A DNA stretch of 64,000 bases, from positions 16,368,001 through 16,432,000 of the forward strand of contig NC_043006.1 of assembly GCF_006345805.1 (NCBI RefSeq), read 5' to 3'. The notes beneath the pieces were generated by a model. It was not told the DNA's origin and made no database searches. It worked only from the letters and a program-made list of their open reading frames with translations. Positions 38,049 to 50,492 of this stretch are shown here, piece by piece. This DNA is from Octopus sinensis (Eukaryota). The translations under genes and the position numbers were made by a program. Every line of letters begins with the position of its first letter. The first letter of the stretch is position 1.

Positions 38049-39289
38049 ATATATATTCTCTGCTTAATGTTATCAACCAGTTAACCTTTTCAATCCCACC
38101 TGCCTGGAATCGCATATGGTTCTACAATATGAGCTCCTAGAGATCACCCTTGGTCCATTATACAAACTGTTTGAGACATCCCTGAGTCTGTGATCCAAAC
38201 TAACTATTAAGGTGATCCAAATTAAAATGTTCCATCACAATTTCATGTTAATTTATGCCCCGAACACTAGTTTTATACTGAAAAAGCTATATTCTAAATT
38301 TTCCATTATTTACAAAATTAATTGACTTAACCCTTTTGTTACCAAATTTTTGCTCAAATCCACTGCTTTTGTTTCATTTAGTTTTGAAAATATTGGATAA
38401 TGTAGTAAAATTTCTGCATTGTCATTAATAATCAGGCATTTGGAATATAAATTAAAATGAAATTTCAAATTTAATTTGGATCACTTTAAAATCAGAAAGT
38501 TGGGCGTAACTTCAGTGTAGGTACCGGAAGTACCGGATACATTTCAAGAAAGTGTTTTTTTATATATATATATATATTGAGGGTTTGTGTTATCTTCAGA
38601 AATGTAAACAAAGCCACTTCCAGTACTTATGGTACCTATACCAAAGGATTGCTGAAATTTGTCTCATAAACCAAGGGTGGTCTCAGACAAGTCAGTTTGA
38701 AAAGGGTTAAAGGCAGCATATTTCAACAGAAATAGGGTAACAAAAGCATTAATGGTTCCCTCTCCAAGTAATCACAATAAGCAGCTTTCACTATTGAAAT
38801 ATTTAAAATGTGCCTTAAAAAAATAAATAAATTGTGATCATAAAGTTACTGAAATACCTCATTAAAGTATTAAGACAAGTTAGTTACCAAGAGAATACCT
38901 TCATAAGGTCCCAAAATCTACCCACTCCCTTCTTACCCCTTTTATAATTAAACCTACACAATGAAAGGTTGACACAGGTTATTGTTCAACTCTTATCATA
39001 GTATGAATACAAGTTGATCAGCAAACCTACTACACTCACCCCTTTTTTCATGTCTTCATAATTAAATCAACAAAGTGTAGAAGTGTTGAAATAGGTTATT
39101 ATTTAATCCTCGTTAAAGTATTAATTAACACTAGTTGATTAGTAAGGGGATACCTTCATTAGTACTGGAAAACTGCAACACACTCTGCTTTCATGTTTTG
39201 TTGATTAAATCAACACAGTGGAAGATTGCTAATAGGTTTTGTTTAACCTTTAGTCCTCACTGAGCTGATTTATTATCAAAGGTATATTC

Positions 39290-39628
39290 CTGGAGGCCAG
39301 CCTCGTCTGGCACCTGTGTCGGTGGCACATAAAAAACACCATCCGAGCGTGGCCGTTCGCCAGCCTCGTTTGGCACCTGTGTCGGTGGCACATAAAAAAC
39401 ACCATCCGAGTGTGGCCGTTCGCCAGCCTTGTCTGGCACCTGTGTCAGAGGCACATAAAAAGCACCCACTACACTCACGGAGTGGTTGGCGTTAGGAAGG
39501 GCATCCAGCTATAGAAACACTGCCAGATCTGACTGGCCTGGTGCAGCCTTCGGGCTTCCCAGACCCCAGTTGAACCATCCAACCCATGCTAGCATGGAAA
39601 GCGGACGTTAAATGATGATGATGATGAT
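39290..39628 (+). mobile_element. Family C retroposon with about 3 near-identical units of about 60 bp
   Basis: GCCAGCCTCGTCTGGCACCTGTGTCGGTGGCACATAAAAAACACC repeats. Confidence 0.85.
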
Positions 39629-39908
39629 TCCTGGACTTGTACATAGTTACCTGCTAGATTTAAACTAGGAACCTTAAAGACAATATTTTGTCTACCAGGC
39701 CACACTGATGTATCTACAACAGCTCAACCCTTTTGTTTCCAAATTTCTATTGAAACACTGTCATTGTTTCATTTATTTTCAATAAATAAGTTTCCGCAAA
39801 GCTTAACTTTTTCACCCTTTTACTACCAAATTCCTTTTGAAACATACCTTGTTTCAGATTATTTTGAAAATAAGGAAGAATTTACTAAAATAAATTTGTC
39901 ATTATTAA

Positions 39909-40131
39909 CCCTTTCATTACTGTATTTCTGTTGAGATGCTCAATATGTTTCTTTCAATTACTTTAAATATAAGAAAGAATTTAGTAAAATAACTTAGTAA
40001 TCATTCAGCTAGTGTTAGGAACATAAATTGTGACTAAGGTTTGGTGGAAGATTTTAATTCAAAACTTATGTAAACAAGACATTTGTACTACAGAACCAGA
40101 GCCAGTTTCAGCTGGGTTGGTAATGAAAGGG
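39909..40131. mobile_element. piggyBac-type MITE
   Basis: TTAA|CCCTTTCATTAC ... GTAATGAAAGGG|TTAA, TTAA TSD on both sides. Confidence 0.82.
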
Positions 40132-41228
40132 TTAAGATGGTGTTTGGAACATAAATCAGCTTAAAATTTTGAAGGACGGTTTTAATGTAGATCATTTTAA
40201 AACATGAAGTTTGTATCATAGAACTAATGGGCAGTCTCAGGCAGGTTGGTCACAAACAAATGGGTTCATATGATTGCCATTACTGTAAAGTTAATCTAAA
40301 TAACCCAAAATTTCAGCAGTAATTGTTACTTTCCAGTCTAACAACTTGGCTAAATGCATACCCAATTTATTATTGCGCATACTTACCTATAAAGGTAAAG
40401 AAGACACACCTGAAAGAAAACTAAATACGGACAAACAACGTGTGCATACACTGATGCACACACACACATTTACACATTCTGCCACACATTTATTTCTCTC
40501 TCACTCACTCACACACACACACACACACACAACACACACACACACACTTCAAAAGGTATTTTTTCAACCTGATTACACATGTAACACTCAAATATTTGTT
40601 TAACAAGCTAGTGTTTATTAACCTCATTTTTTTTTTTCATTTTTTTCTTATCTTATCTTTTAATAGTTGTTTTGGCCATTTGCCTACAGCCACGGTGGGG
40701 CAATGCCATCTCTATTTTTCCTTTTTTATTTTCCTACTTTTTGTTATTTTGTTTGTTTTTCATAATCACCACTTGGTTTGATTAACTTATTATTTACCTG
40801 CAGGAAAACCAAATTTAATATTAAAACATCAAAGTTTATTTATTTCAGTATTAACTTAGTATTTCAACTTACTATTGAACTTTGCAGTTTTAAATTTTCC
40901 CTGGATGTATCTTTTAACTTTCAGATCCATTTTACTAATCTTGAGTATTCTTCCAGTTTCATCTTTATCAACTGAAGTTATTGACATGATTTAATTAATA
41001 TTATACATTTATCTAATTACTTTCGAATCTTCCTTTTCTTGGCTATCATTTATCTTCTAAATCTATTCTGTAGCGCTTCACCAAGAGCACAAGAGTTATA
41101 ACTTTACACTTTAAACTATTTTTGTTACCATAATGATGTTGCAATACATTGCATTTATTTTAATTAATTTTGAGAATAATGAAAAATTTAGTAACATAAT
41201 TTTGATATTATTAAGTTGATATTTAAAA

Positions 41229-41491
41229 GGAGTGGCTGTGTGGTAAGTAGCTTGCTTTCCAACCACATGGTTCCAGGCTCAGTCCCACTGCCTAGCACCT
41301 TGGGCAAGTGTCTACTACTATAGCCTCGGGCCGACCAAAGTAAGTGTGTGTTGAAATGTGTGGCAGACTGTGTAAATGTGTGTGTGTGTGCATCAGTGTG
41401 TGTACACGTTTGCCTGTATTTAGTTGTCTTTCAAGTGTGTCTTCTTTACCTTTATTGGATTTTGGTAGACGGAAACTGAAAGAAGCCCGTC

Positions 41492-41559
<68 letters not shown>

Positions 41560-41772
41560 ATACATATGTGTGTGTGTTTGTGTCTGTTTGTCGCCCCCAC
41601 CATCGCTTGACAACTGATGTTGGTGTGTTTACGTTCCTGTAACTTAGCTGTTTGGCAAAAGTGATCGATAGAATAAGTACCAGGTTTACAAAGAATAAGC
41701 CCTGGGATTGATTTGCTCGACTAAAGGTGGTGCTCCAGCATGGCTGCAGTCAAATGACTGAAACATGAAAAG
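41229..41772 (+). mobile_element. SINE family A carrying a 116-bp internal insertion (41341-41456)
   Basis: Consensus CCTTGTGAGT replaced by an inverted copy of 40389-40491. Confidence 0.8.
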
Positions 41773-41844
41773 GAACATGAAATTTTACCTTAAAATAGGA
41801 AGCATTTATCATAGAACCAGAGATGGTCTCAGGTGGGTTTATCT

Positions 41845-42155
41845 TTTACTTTTATCAGTCATTGAACCATGGCCATGCTGGGGCACCACCATGAAGGGTT
41901 TTAGTTGAACAAATCAAGCCCAGTTCTTTTTATTTTTAAAGTTAGGTACTCTTTTGCTGAACCATTAAGTTAAAGGTACATAAACAAACCAATACAGTGG
42001 AACTTCCACACAGTTTCTATTTACCAAATTCATTCACAATGCAATTGGTCAGCCCAGGCTATAATAGAAGGCACTTGACCAAAGTGCGACTCAGTGGGAT
42101 TGAACCCAAAACCACATCATTGCATAGCAAGCTTCTTAACCACACAGCCATGCCT
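41845..42155 (-). mobile_element. Degenerate SINE family A
   Basis: GGGATTGAACCC...CTTAACCACACAGCCA. Confidence 0.6.
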
Positions 42156-42397
42156 GTGTCTATAAAAGGGCCAAACTTTGAAATAATGTTGTTATTTAAT
42201 GCTTGGATATATAATTGCCTGGGTGCATAGGTGTGTTGTATGTGAATGTAGGCATGTGTCTGAATCAGGAATTGAAACATGTAGGATTTTAAATTGGTGC
42301 TTTATTCAAATTATTGAAGTCTAATCAATAACAACAACAACATGATAATAATCTGCATAAATAACATTTTGTTTAAAATATTTTCTTAACCATTGCA

Positions 42398-42431
<34 letters not shown>

Positions 42432-42478
42432 TTCTCTTCTCTCTCTCTCTTTCTTTCTCTCTCTCTCCCTCTCTCTCA
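42398..42478. repeat. (CT)n microsatellite
   Basis: Directly visible. Confidence 0.9.
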
Positions 42479-42782
42479 GTGATATACTTACTACTCTTTA
42501 AATTCTTTTTCAAGGTCTGTCATTCCTGTTGGTTGTTATGATTATATTTTTGTAAGAAATATTCTCCCATTATTTATGGCATCAAAACATTTATAAATAA
42601 ATCATGCAAATATATGTAAATATATTTCTTTCAATGATTAAGCGATTATGTATTTGATATACAATAGCTATTGTATATTTGTATACACACACACACACCC
42701 CAACAGGTACAACACCAACTTTCTGGACACTAATGGTTCAGACCCTCTTATAATCCACACTAACTTATGAGCAGGTACTTCA

Positions 42783-43151
42783 GTGGAGGTGCAATGGCCC
42801 AGTGGTTAGGGCAGCGGACTCGCGGTCGGAGGATTGCAGTTTCGATTCCCAGACTGGGCGTTGTGTGTGTTTATTGAGCGAAAACACCTAAAGCTCCACG
42901 AGGCTCTGGCAGGGGGGGGGGCGACCCCTGATGTACTCTTTCACCCCAACTTTCTCTCACTCTTTCTTCCTGTTTCTTGTCCCCGACTTCCTACGCAACC
43001 GCTGAGCCTGGATGCACATTCATCCATCCATCGATGCTCTCGGTGTTGGGGGTTGACCTGCTTTCTCTTCAGCGGGTCTCACGAATAGCAAAGGACCACG
43101 TTTCAAACTTCTCCCACTACATGGGACAAAGACCACTTCGCTCAACAAACA
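42783..43151 (+). mobile_element. SINE family B, tail type 3
   Basis: Same head and central domain as 2613-2952; 13-bp TSD AGCAGGTACTTCA (42770-42782, 43152-43164); (CAAA)n end. Confidence 0.85.
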
Positions 43152-43238
43152 AGCAGGTACTTCAAATCCCTGTGATTGGCAGACTTGTCTACTGGTACCT
43201 TGCATAGTACAGTATTAATAAACTTGTATCATATATAC

Positions 43239-43385
43239 TGGAAGCACATGGTTTAGTGGTTAGGGTATTGGACTCATGATCGTAAAATTGTGGTTTCAAT
43301 TCTTGGACCAGGCTATGTGCTGTGTTCTTGAGAAAAAACACTTCATTTCATGTTGCTCCAGTTCATTCAGCTGGTAAAAATGAGC
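43239..43385 (+). mobile_element. SINE family E head plus core (diverged)
   Basis: TGGAAGCACATGGTTTAGTGGTTAGGG...CAGCTGGTAAAAATGAG. Confidence 0.7.
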
Positions 43386-43655
43386 TAAGCCTAGAGAGGA
43401 GTGGGCTCTGCCAGGTTTTCTCGCCCAAGATATGCTGCATGGCCACAGCGCCCCAATGATCCCCAAGGGGTTAAGGGATTTGACAATTGTCAAAAATCAT
43501 TTATACTAAATGAAATACAGGTACCTGTATTTCGTTTATTGGCTTAAGTCAGATTAATATTTGTTTAATTCAAAGTGTGACCAATCCAGGAAAGCAATGT
43601 TGTACCTGTACTTGTGTGTGTGTGTATATATATATATATGAAGGACTAGCAATTA

Positions 43656-43884
43656 TTTATGGCATCAAAGAATTTATAAATGAATCCTGCAAACATATAT
43701 AAATATAATTAAGCAGAATGATAGTCTATGGATTTTCTTCTTTCTTCTCTATGATTTTCATGTATGAAATGTTTGGATATCTACCTATTTATAAAGGACT
43801 ACTACGAGCTAACAACCAGCTTTCTGCTTATTTATATGTATTTACATTTGTAAAACTTATTTATAAATGCTTTGATGCCATAAA
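43656..43884. mobile_element. AT-rich MITE-like element with imperfect TIRs of about 60 bp; partial copy at 42573
   Basis: TTTATGGCATCAAAG..TTTATAAAT / ATTTATAAATGCTTTGATGCCATAAA. Confidence 0.55.
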
Positions 43885-44695
43885 CAACGTCTGTCCATCA
43901 TTCATTTTTTACCTGTATAGCACAGCCTATGCATTTTTTACGGCCAACACTTATTGACCTGAATTATGTTTTCCATGATTTAACACTGGATTTTAAGTAT
44001 CCCATCTAGTCTGAGCACTAATCCGTTTGTATCTTATTTCTTTTGACATATTCTTACACAATCGCACACCAAACACATGACCTGCCAGCAGTGCTTTTCT
44101 TCCTATATCATTATCATTTTAACGTCTACTTTTCTGTTTGCATGGGTCTGACAAAATCTGTTGATGCAGATTTTTGTTGGTCGTATGCTCCTCCTGTTGC
44201 CAAGTCTCCTCTGTTTCCAAACAAGATAATATTTCCCCCGAATCTTTGAAAATAGCATGTTTTCATGGAAATCTGTCCCTGAACTGCAACCATTTATAAT
44301 GACAATGTTTGTTTGCAATTAGTGCATGGTGTCAAAGGCAGTGAGACAGATACAAAGACATGCATTCACACTCATGCACCTATACAACAAGATTCTTTCA
44401 GTTTCCATCTACCAAATTCATTCACAACCTTTTGCACAGTCTAAAGCTATAGCAGAAAACCCCTTGCTAAGGTACCATGCAGTAGGCCTGAACCTGAAAC
44501 CATATGGTTGCAAAACACTCTCCTTAACCACACATCTATACTTGTGCTTATTCTTTTACCTTTGATTTGCTTTTTGAAATACATAAATTTGTATCAAAAC
44601 ACTTGTCCTGTCATGGGTGACTAGCAGCCCTTAAGACTTTCTGAATGGCACACTTGAAAATAAATTATTTTCAAAATTTGTTTAGTAATGCAAAG

Positions 44696-45125
44696 GCAGT
44701 GAGCTGGCAGAATCATTAGCACACTGTGCAAAATGCTTAGTGGCATTTCATCCAGCTTTACATTATGAGTTCAAATTCTGCCAAGGTTGACTTTGCTGTT
44801 CATCCTTTTGGGGTCAATTAAATAAGCATCAGTTTAGCACTGGGGTCACTGTAATTGACTTAGCCCCATCCTCAAACCTGTTGGCCCTATACCAAAATTT
44901 GAAGCCAATATTTTTAAGTAATGTAAAGGCAATGAGCTGGCAGAATCATTAGCATGCCAGATAGATGCTTAGCGGCATTATGTCCATCTTTACTTTCTGA
45001 GTTCAAATTCACCAACATCAACTTCGCTTTGCAGCCTTTTGGGGTTGATAAAAGAAGTACCAGTTAAGCTCTGAGTAGTATGTAATTGACTCCCCCACCC
45101 TCCAAACTTGCTGGCCATGTGCCAA
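44696..45125 (+). mobile_element. Two degenerate family D SINEs in tandem
   Basis: GAGCTGGCAGAATCATTAGCA present twice with the CATCCTTTTGGGG domain. Confidence 0.65.
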
Positions 45126-46518
45126 AATTTGAAATCAGTATTTTCAGTAATGCAGCCCACTTTATAATGAGCTCTGTCTCATGCAGCCCAATTCTCATTA
45201 AAGGTTCCCCATGCCTGCTCTAGACTAAGCAGTCTTAGATGAATTGCTTAATCCAGCATTTTTCACCTAAGTTGCTACTAGGAAGGTTTTAAGATTTTGA
45301 AATATTGTCAGATCGAGAGCATGAAACCAAAATTTGATTGGGAAATTGACTGAAATTCTAAATTAACTACTTGTCAGAATTTTAGAATCTTATTGTTATT
45401 TTGATGTCCACTTTTCCATGTTTGCATGGGTTGGATGATGTTAAGGCAGATTTTTCTATGGCCTGATGCCCTTCCTGCTGCCAACCCTCACTTGATTCCA
45501 CTCATCACTTATTTTTTCATCATCAGACATGTTTTAGCAAAATATTGAAATACACACATATACATATACAATGGGCTTCTTTCAGTTTCCATTCACAAGG
45601 ATTTGGTCGTCTCATGGTTCTAGTAGAAGGCACTTACTCTAAGTGCCAAACAGTGGGACTGAACCTGTAATTATGTGATTAGGAAGCAAACTTTTTGGCC
45701 ACACAGCCACAATCATGCCTACAAATAAAATAAAAAATAAGAATTTGTGTTGTTTTAAGTCTGATTATAAAAGACTGCTGTAAAATTTTTGAAAGGAGTT
45801 ATTCATAAGGGCACTGCTAATAGTGGCCTACGTTCTCATTTGTATATTGGTCACATTAATTTCTTCTGTACCAGCAAAGAGTTCTCTTTAGTTATCTGCG
45901 TCTTTGGTTACCAACTGTAAAAATATTTGCATGTAATATATTTATTCTTTCAGATAATTAATAAAAGAACTGAAGTGCCGGTATGTAATCCCAAACATGC
46001 TCTCTGTCTGATAAAAAAAAAAAAATTCCAGGGTCATTTGCTTTATATTTACAATTATTTTTTCAATGATATGACTCCTGGGCATGCATTCATAAAAAGT
46101 AAAGTTTTTTTGTTCAATTGCGCGGCCTCTTCACTAAGACTTCACTCCCAAAGCTTTGAACCAGATACTTTTTCCCCACTATACTCTCACTAAAAACTTA
46201 ATTTCTTTTTCAAGCACTGCTTTTGCTTTCAACTAAAATCTACATATTAATTTTTCTAATAACCAACACAATTGTTCATTGATATTCAACACAGATACTT
46301 TATATCGTTCTTTCTCAGGTAATATTTATAATAGTTTTATAAATTTTTTTGTATAATGCATATCATATTTAGAAATTTAATATCTCCAATTTTATATTGT
46401 TTCATGTTAAAGAAAAGAAACTTTTATCTTCGTGCAGAAGTAACTATTTCCAGATTTTGAAATTCTAACAAATAATATAGGCTTTAATAAAATTCTCCTG
46501 TTAACTTTGTTCCTTTAA

Positions 46519-46737
46519 CCCATTCATTACCATATTTCCATTGAAATCATCGCCTTGGTTTCAATTAGTTTTGAAGATAATGAAGAATTCAGTAAGATAA
46601 CTATCAGTATTAAACTAGTGTAAGGAAAATGAATTAACATTCAGTTTTGATGGAAGGTTTTAATTTAAATCACTTCATAACAGAAAGTTTGTATCGTAGA
46701 ATGAAGAATGGTCTCAGACATGTTGGTATCGTAAAGG
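46519..46737. mobile_element. Degenerate piggyBac-type MITE
   Basis: TTAA|CCCATTCATTACC ... GGTATCGTAAAGG|TTAA. Confidence 0.65.
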
Positions 46738-46907
46738 TTAAATGTATTTTCCTAATTAGTTGATGAAATCAGTTCACGATAGACTAAGAAAGCAGACAAG
46801 AGGAGCAGATGAAATTAGTTCATGATGTACTAAGAAAGCTGGCAAGAGGAACAATAAATGGTTAAAGGTTATATCAAGTAACAATTTCTTACACTAGCTA
46901 CAGGAAT

Positions 46908-47250
46908 AGGCATGTCTGTGTGGTTAAAAAGCTTGATTTGCAATCATGTGGTCCCATTGTGTAACACCTTGAGCAAGTGTCTTCTACAACAGCCCTAGGC
47001 CTGCCAATGTTTTGTGAGTGAATTTGGTTAACATAAACTGTGTAGAAGCCAGTTATGTGTGAGTGTGATCCACACCACCTAACAACTGGTGTTAGTTTGT
47101 TTATGTCCCCTATAACAGAAGCGGTTTGGCAAAAGAGTCTGGCAGAATATGCACCAAATTTTAAAAATAGGGGTTGATTTGTTTGATAGAATCTTTCAAG
47201 GCTATGCCCCAGCATGGCCACAGTCAGTTGACTGAAACAAGTAAAAGATA
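46908..47250 (+). mobile_element. Degenerate SINE family A
   Basis: Head and GTAAAAGA tail recognisable. Confidence 0.6.
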
Positions 47251-47630
47251 AAAAGATTAGCACAAAAGCATGTATTTTGTAAAGGTGAAGGGTATAGTTG
47301 ATTGACCATGGCCGTTGTACCCTCTTAGTAGTCATTTATTTTTACTTTTAACCAAAACACTGAATAGAATATGATTGATTTCTAACATAGGCACTTGGTG
47401 ACAAATTATTATGAGGTGTTTCTGGCTGATGGAGTCCATCAGATTAAATGTGTTACAGTATGTAGTTTTCATCTTTATTTCTAACATAGACGCAAGTATG
47501 ACCTTCAAAGTCCCGGTCAGTTCAGTGCAAGGCACTTTGAACAAGTATCTTTTGCCCTAACCTTATTCTGGCCAATGCTTTGAGAATAGTATTTGGAAGA
47601 TAGAAATCATGTGGAAGACTGCTAAAGATA

Positions 47631-47933
47631 TATCACCGTGACCGACCAGGCTATCAGATATTGTTACACATCGCTGGTCACAATGCGCTTCGCATTGTTT
47701 TAGCCTTCAAATGACGCCACCCCACTGGCTAAGCGAGCAGGCCAACAGAAGAAAGAGTGAGAGAAAGTTGTGGCGAAAGAGTACAGCAGGGATCACCACC
47801 ACCTCCTGCCGGAGCCTCGTGGAGAATTAGGTGTTTTCGCTCAATAAACACTCACAACGCCCGGTTTGGGAATCGAAACCATGATCCTACGGTCGCGAAT
47901 CTGCTGCCCTAACCACTGGGCCATTGCGCCTCC
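47631..47933 (-). mobile_element. SINE family B, tail type 2
   Basis: Same head and central domain as 2613-2952; 10-bp TSD GCTAAAGATA (47621-47630, 47934-47943). Confidence 0.85.
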
Positions 47934-48055
47934 GCTAAAGATAGATAGATATATATAACGGGAAGCTTTATGAAAATAGACAAAAGACGAAGGCAGGTGG
48001 AAAACAAACGAACAATTGTATTAGTATGGCGCTCAGGAAATATAAATAAAACAAG

Positions 48056-48093
48056 TCTTTAACGTTTCGAGCCTACGCTCTTCAACAGAAAGA
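48056..48093 (-). ncRNA. Minimal type-I hammerhead-like motif (A6U variant)
   Basis: TCTTT CTGTTGA A GAGC GTAG GCTC GAA AC GT T AAAGA: helix I 5 bp, helix II 4 bp, palindromic ACGT helix III. Confidence 0.55.
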
Positions 48094-48190
48094 TACACAG
48101 AGAGAAAAAAAACACAGAAAGAAGGAGAGAAAAAAAATGCGTGCAGTAGCTAACGAATCAACATGACGATCTGATTTCGGCCAGAGGTCA

Positions 48191-48470
48191 ATATAGATAT
48201 ATATAGATAGATAGATAGATAGATATAGATATATATATAGATAGATAGATATAGATATATATATAGATATATAGATATATATCTATATCTATCTATCTAT
48301 ATATATATCTATATCTATCTATCTATCTATATATATCTATATATAGATATATATATATAGATATATCTATATAGATATATAGATATATATATAGATAGAT
48401 AGATATAGATATTATATATAGATAGATAGATATAGATATATATAATATAGATAGATAGATATATATATAT
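48191..48470. repeat. (TAGA/TATA)n microsatellite
   Basis: Directly visible. Confidence 0.95.
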
Positions 48471-49004
48471 AAAATCACTATTGTCATTTAATGTTCAATT
48501 TTTCATACTTGCATAGGTTGGAGAGAATTTGTTGAAGTGTGTATTAGAGTAGAGAAAATAATGGGTAATGTGTTTTGCTTATAAGTTAGCTTCCATGGGA
48601 ATCAAGTCTACAAAATGGTTTCAATTTATGAATCTATGGCCGGAGTCCTTTCATTTAACTTGCATATCTAAGTTCATTTTTTATTGGTCAAAACGAACAG
48701 CAGTTTTCTGTCATTTAAGAAAAGATTATAAATTATATGATCCCATGTATATGTTTAAATCTTTTTGTGTTAATTAGTTTTAAAAGCATAAAACTTTTTG
48801 AAGTAATATTTTTCTGAGCAAAGTGAACTAAATTAAAAATTGCACCATGGCACAATTCACTCTACTAGAAATTTGGAAACATGCTATACTGCTTGGCATT
48901 CGTGTTGGAAGCTCCAATACAAACATTTCAGAGTGTTTGGGTGTCAGTCCGAGGACATGTACCAAGAATTTTATCAATTATATAACAATTTTTTATCATG
49001 TTTA

Positions 49005-49380
49005 AATTTGTTGAGTCAATTAGTTTTAAAATCCTAAATTATTTAATTCACTTTAATAACCTAAATTTGTGTTAATTTTTGATTTTTTACGTAATCCTAA
49101 GCTTGTGTTAATAACTTTTAAAATCCTAATTTGTTTGTTAATTACTTTTAAAATCCTAAATTAGTTAATTAACTTTAAAAAGCTAAATTTGAATTAATTA
49201 CTCTGTCCTAAATTTGTGTTAATTTTAAAATCCTAAATTAATTAGCTTTAAATAGCTAAATTTGTGTTCATTACTTTTAAAATCCTAAATTTGTTTGTGT
49301 TAATTGCTTTTAAAATCCTGAGTTAAGTAGTTTCAAAAAGTTGAATTTGTTTTGTGTTAGTTTTAAAATCCTAAACTTTA
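49005..49380. repeat. AT-rich minisatellite, unit about 28 bp, about 13 diverged copies
   Basis: Recurrent TTTTAAAATCCTAAATTTGTGTTAATT. Confidence 0.8.
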
Positions 49381-49629
49381 CATTTTTACGATGTTTGTTG
49401 TGCCAATGAAGTGATGTATGTATTTTGTTTTATCTAACAATCTTTTGCATGCTATCTCACACTTCTCACAAACAAATGCTATAGATTTTAACAATGTAAA
49501 GTATTTATTGTCTGAGAAAAATATTTCTCTGTCCTATTCTGTTTTGGAATTTAAAAAAAAAATGAGAAAAAACGGAGAGGGAAGAACAATCAAAGATCTT
49601 GACCAAAAAACTTGTGGTTGAATGTGTCA

Positions 49630-49930
49630 TTAAGAAGCTTACTTTTCAACCACATGGATTTTGGGTTCAGTCCCACAGCACAGCACCTTGAGGAGGCGTC
49701 TTTCTACTATAGTCCTGGAATGACCACTGCCTTGTGAGTGAACTGAGAGTTGTGGATGGAAGCTGTGTGTAAGCCTATGTAATTTAGCAGTTTGGCAAGA
49801 GACCAAAGGATGATAAGTAACATACTTGAGGAGAAAAAAATACTGGGATTGATTTATTCCACTAAATCCTTTAAAGTAGTGCCCCAGCATGGCCACTATC
49901 CACTGACTGAAACCAGTAAAAGATAAAAGA
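49630..49930 (+). mobile_element. Degenerate SINE family A
   Basis: GGGTTCAGTCCCAC head and GTAAAAGA tail. Confidence 0.6.
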
Positions 49931-50046
49931 TAGTCCAATCTAACTTATTTTATAAACTAAAAGTAACAGCCTTTCTTTTTTTTTTCATTTATTTTATAAC
50001 TTTCTTAATAACATGTCTTAATATCCAAATAATACTGTCTCCACAT

Positions 50047-50267
50047 TCTCTTTTACTTGTTTCAGTCATTTGACTGCGGCCATGCTGGAGCACCACCTTT
50101 TAGTCGAGCAACTCGACCCCGGGACTTATTCTTTTGTAAGCCCAGTACTTATTCTATCGGTCCCTTTTGCCGAACCGCTAAGTTACGGGGACATAAACAC
50201 ACCAGCATCGGTTGTCAAGCAATGCTAGGGGGACAAACACAGACACACAAACATATACACACACACT

Positions 50268-50304
<37 letters not shown>

Positions 50305-50492
50305 ATATATATATATATATACATATATACGACGGGCTTCTTTCAGTTTCCGTCTACCAGATTCACTCACAAGACTTTGGTCGGCCCGAGGCTATAGTAG
50401 AAGACACTTGCCCAAGGTGTCACGCAGTGGGACTGAACCCGGAACCATGTGGTTGGTAAACAAGCTACTTACCGCACAGCCACTCCTATGCC
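50047..50492 (-). mobile_element. SINE family A copy
   Basis: Near full-length match. Confidence 0.85.
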
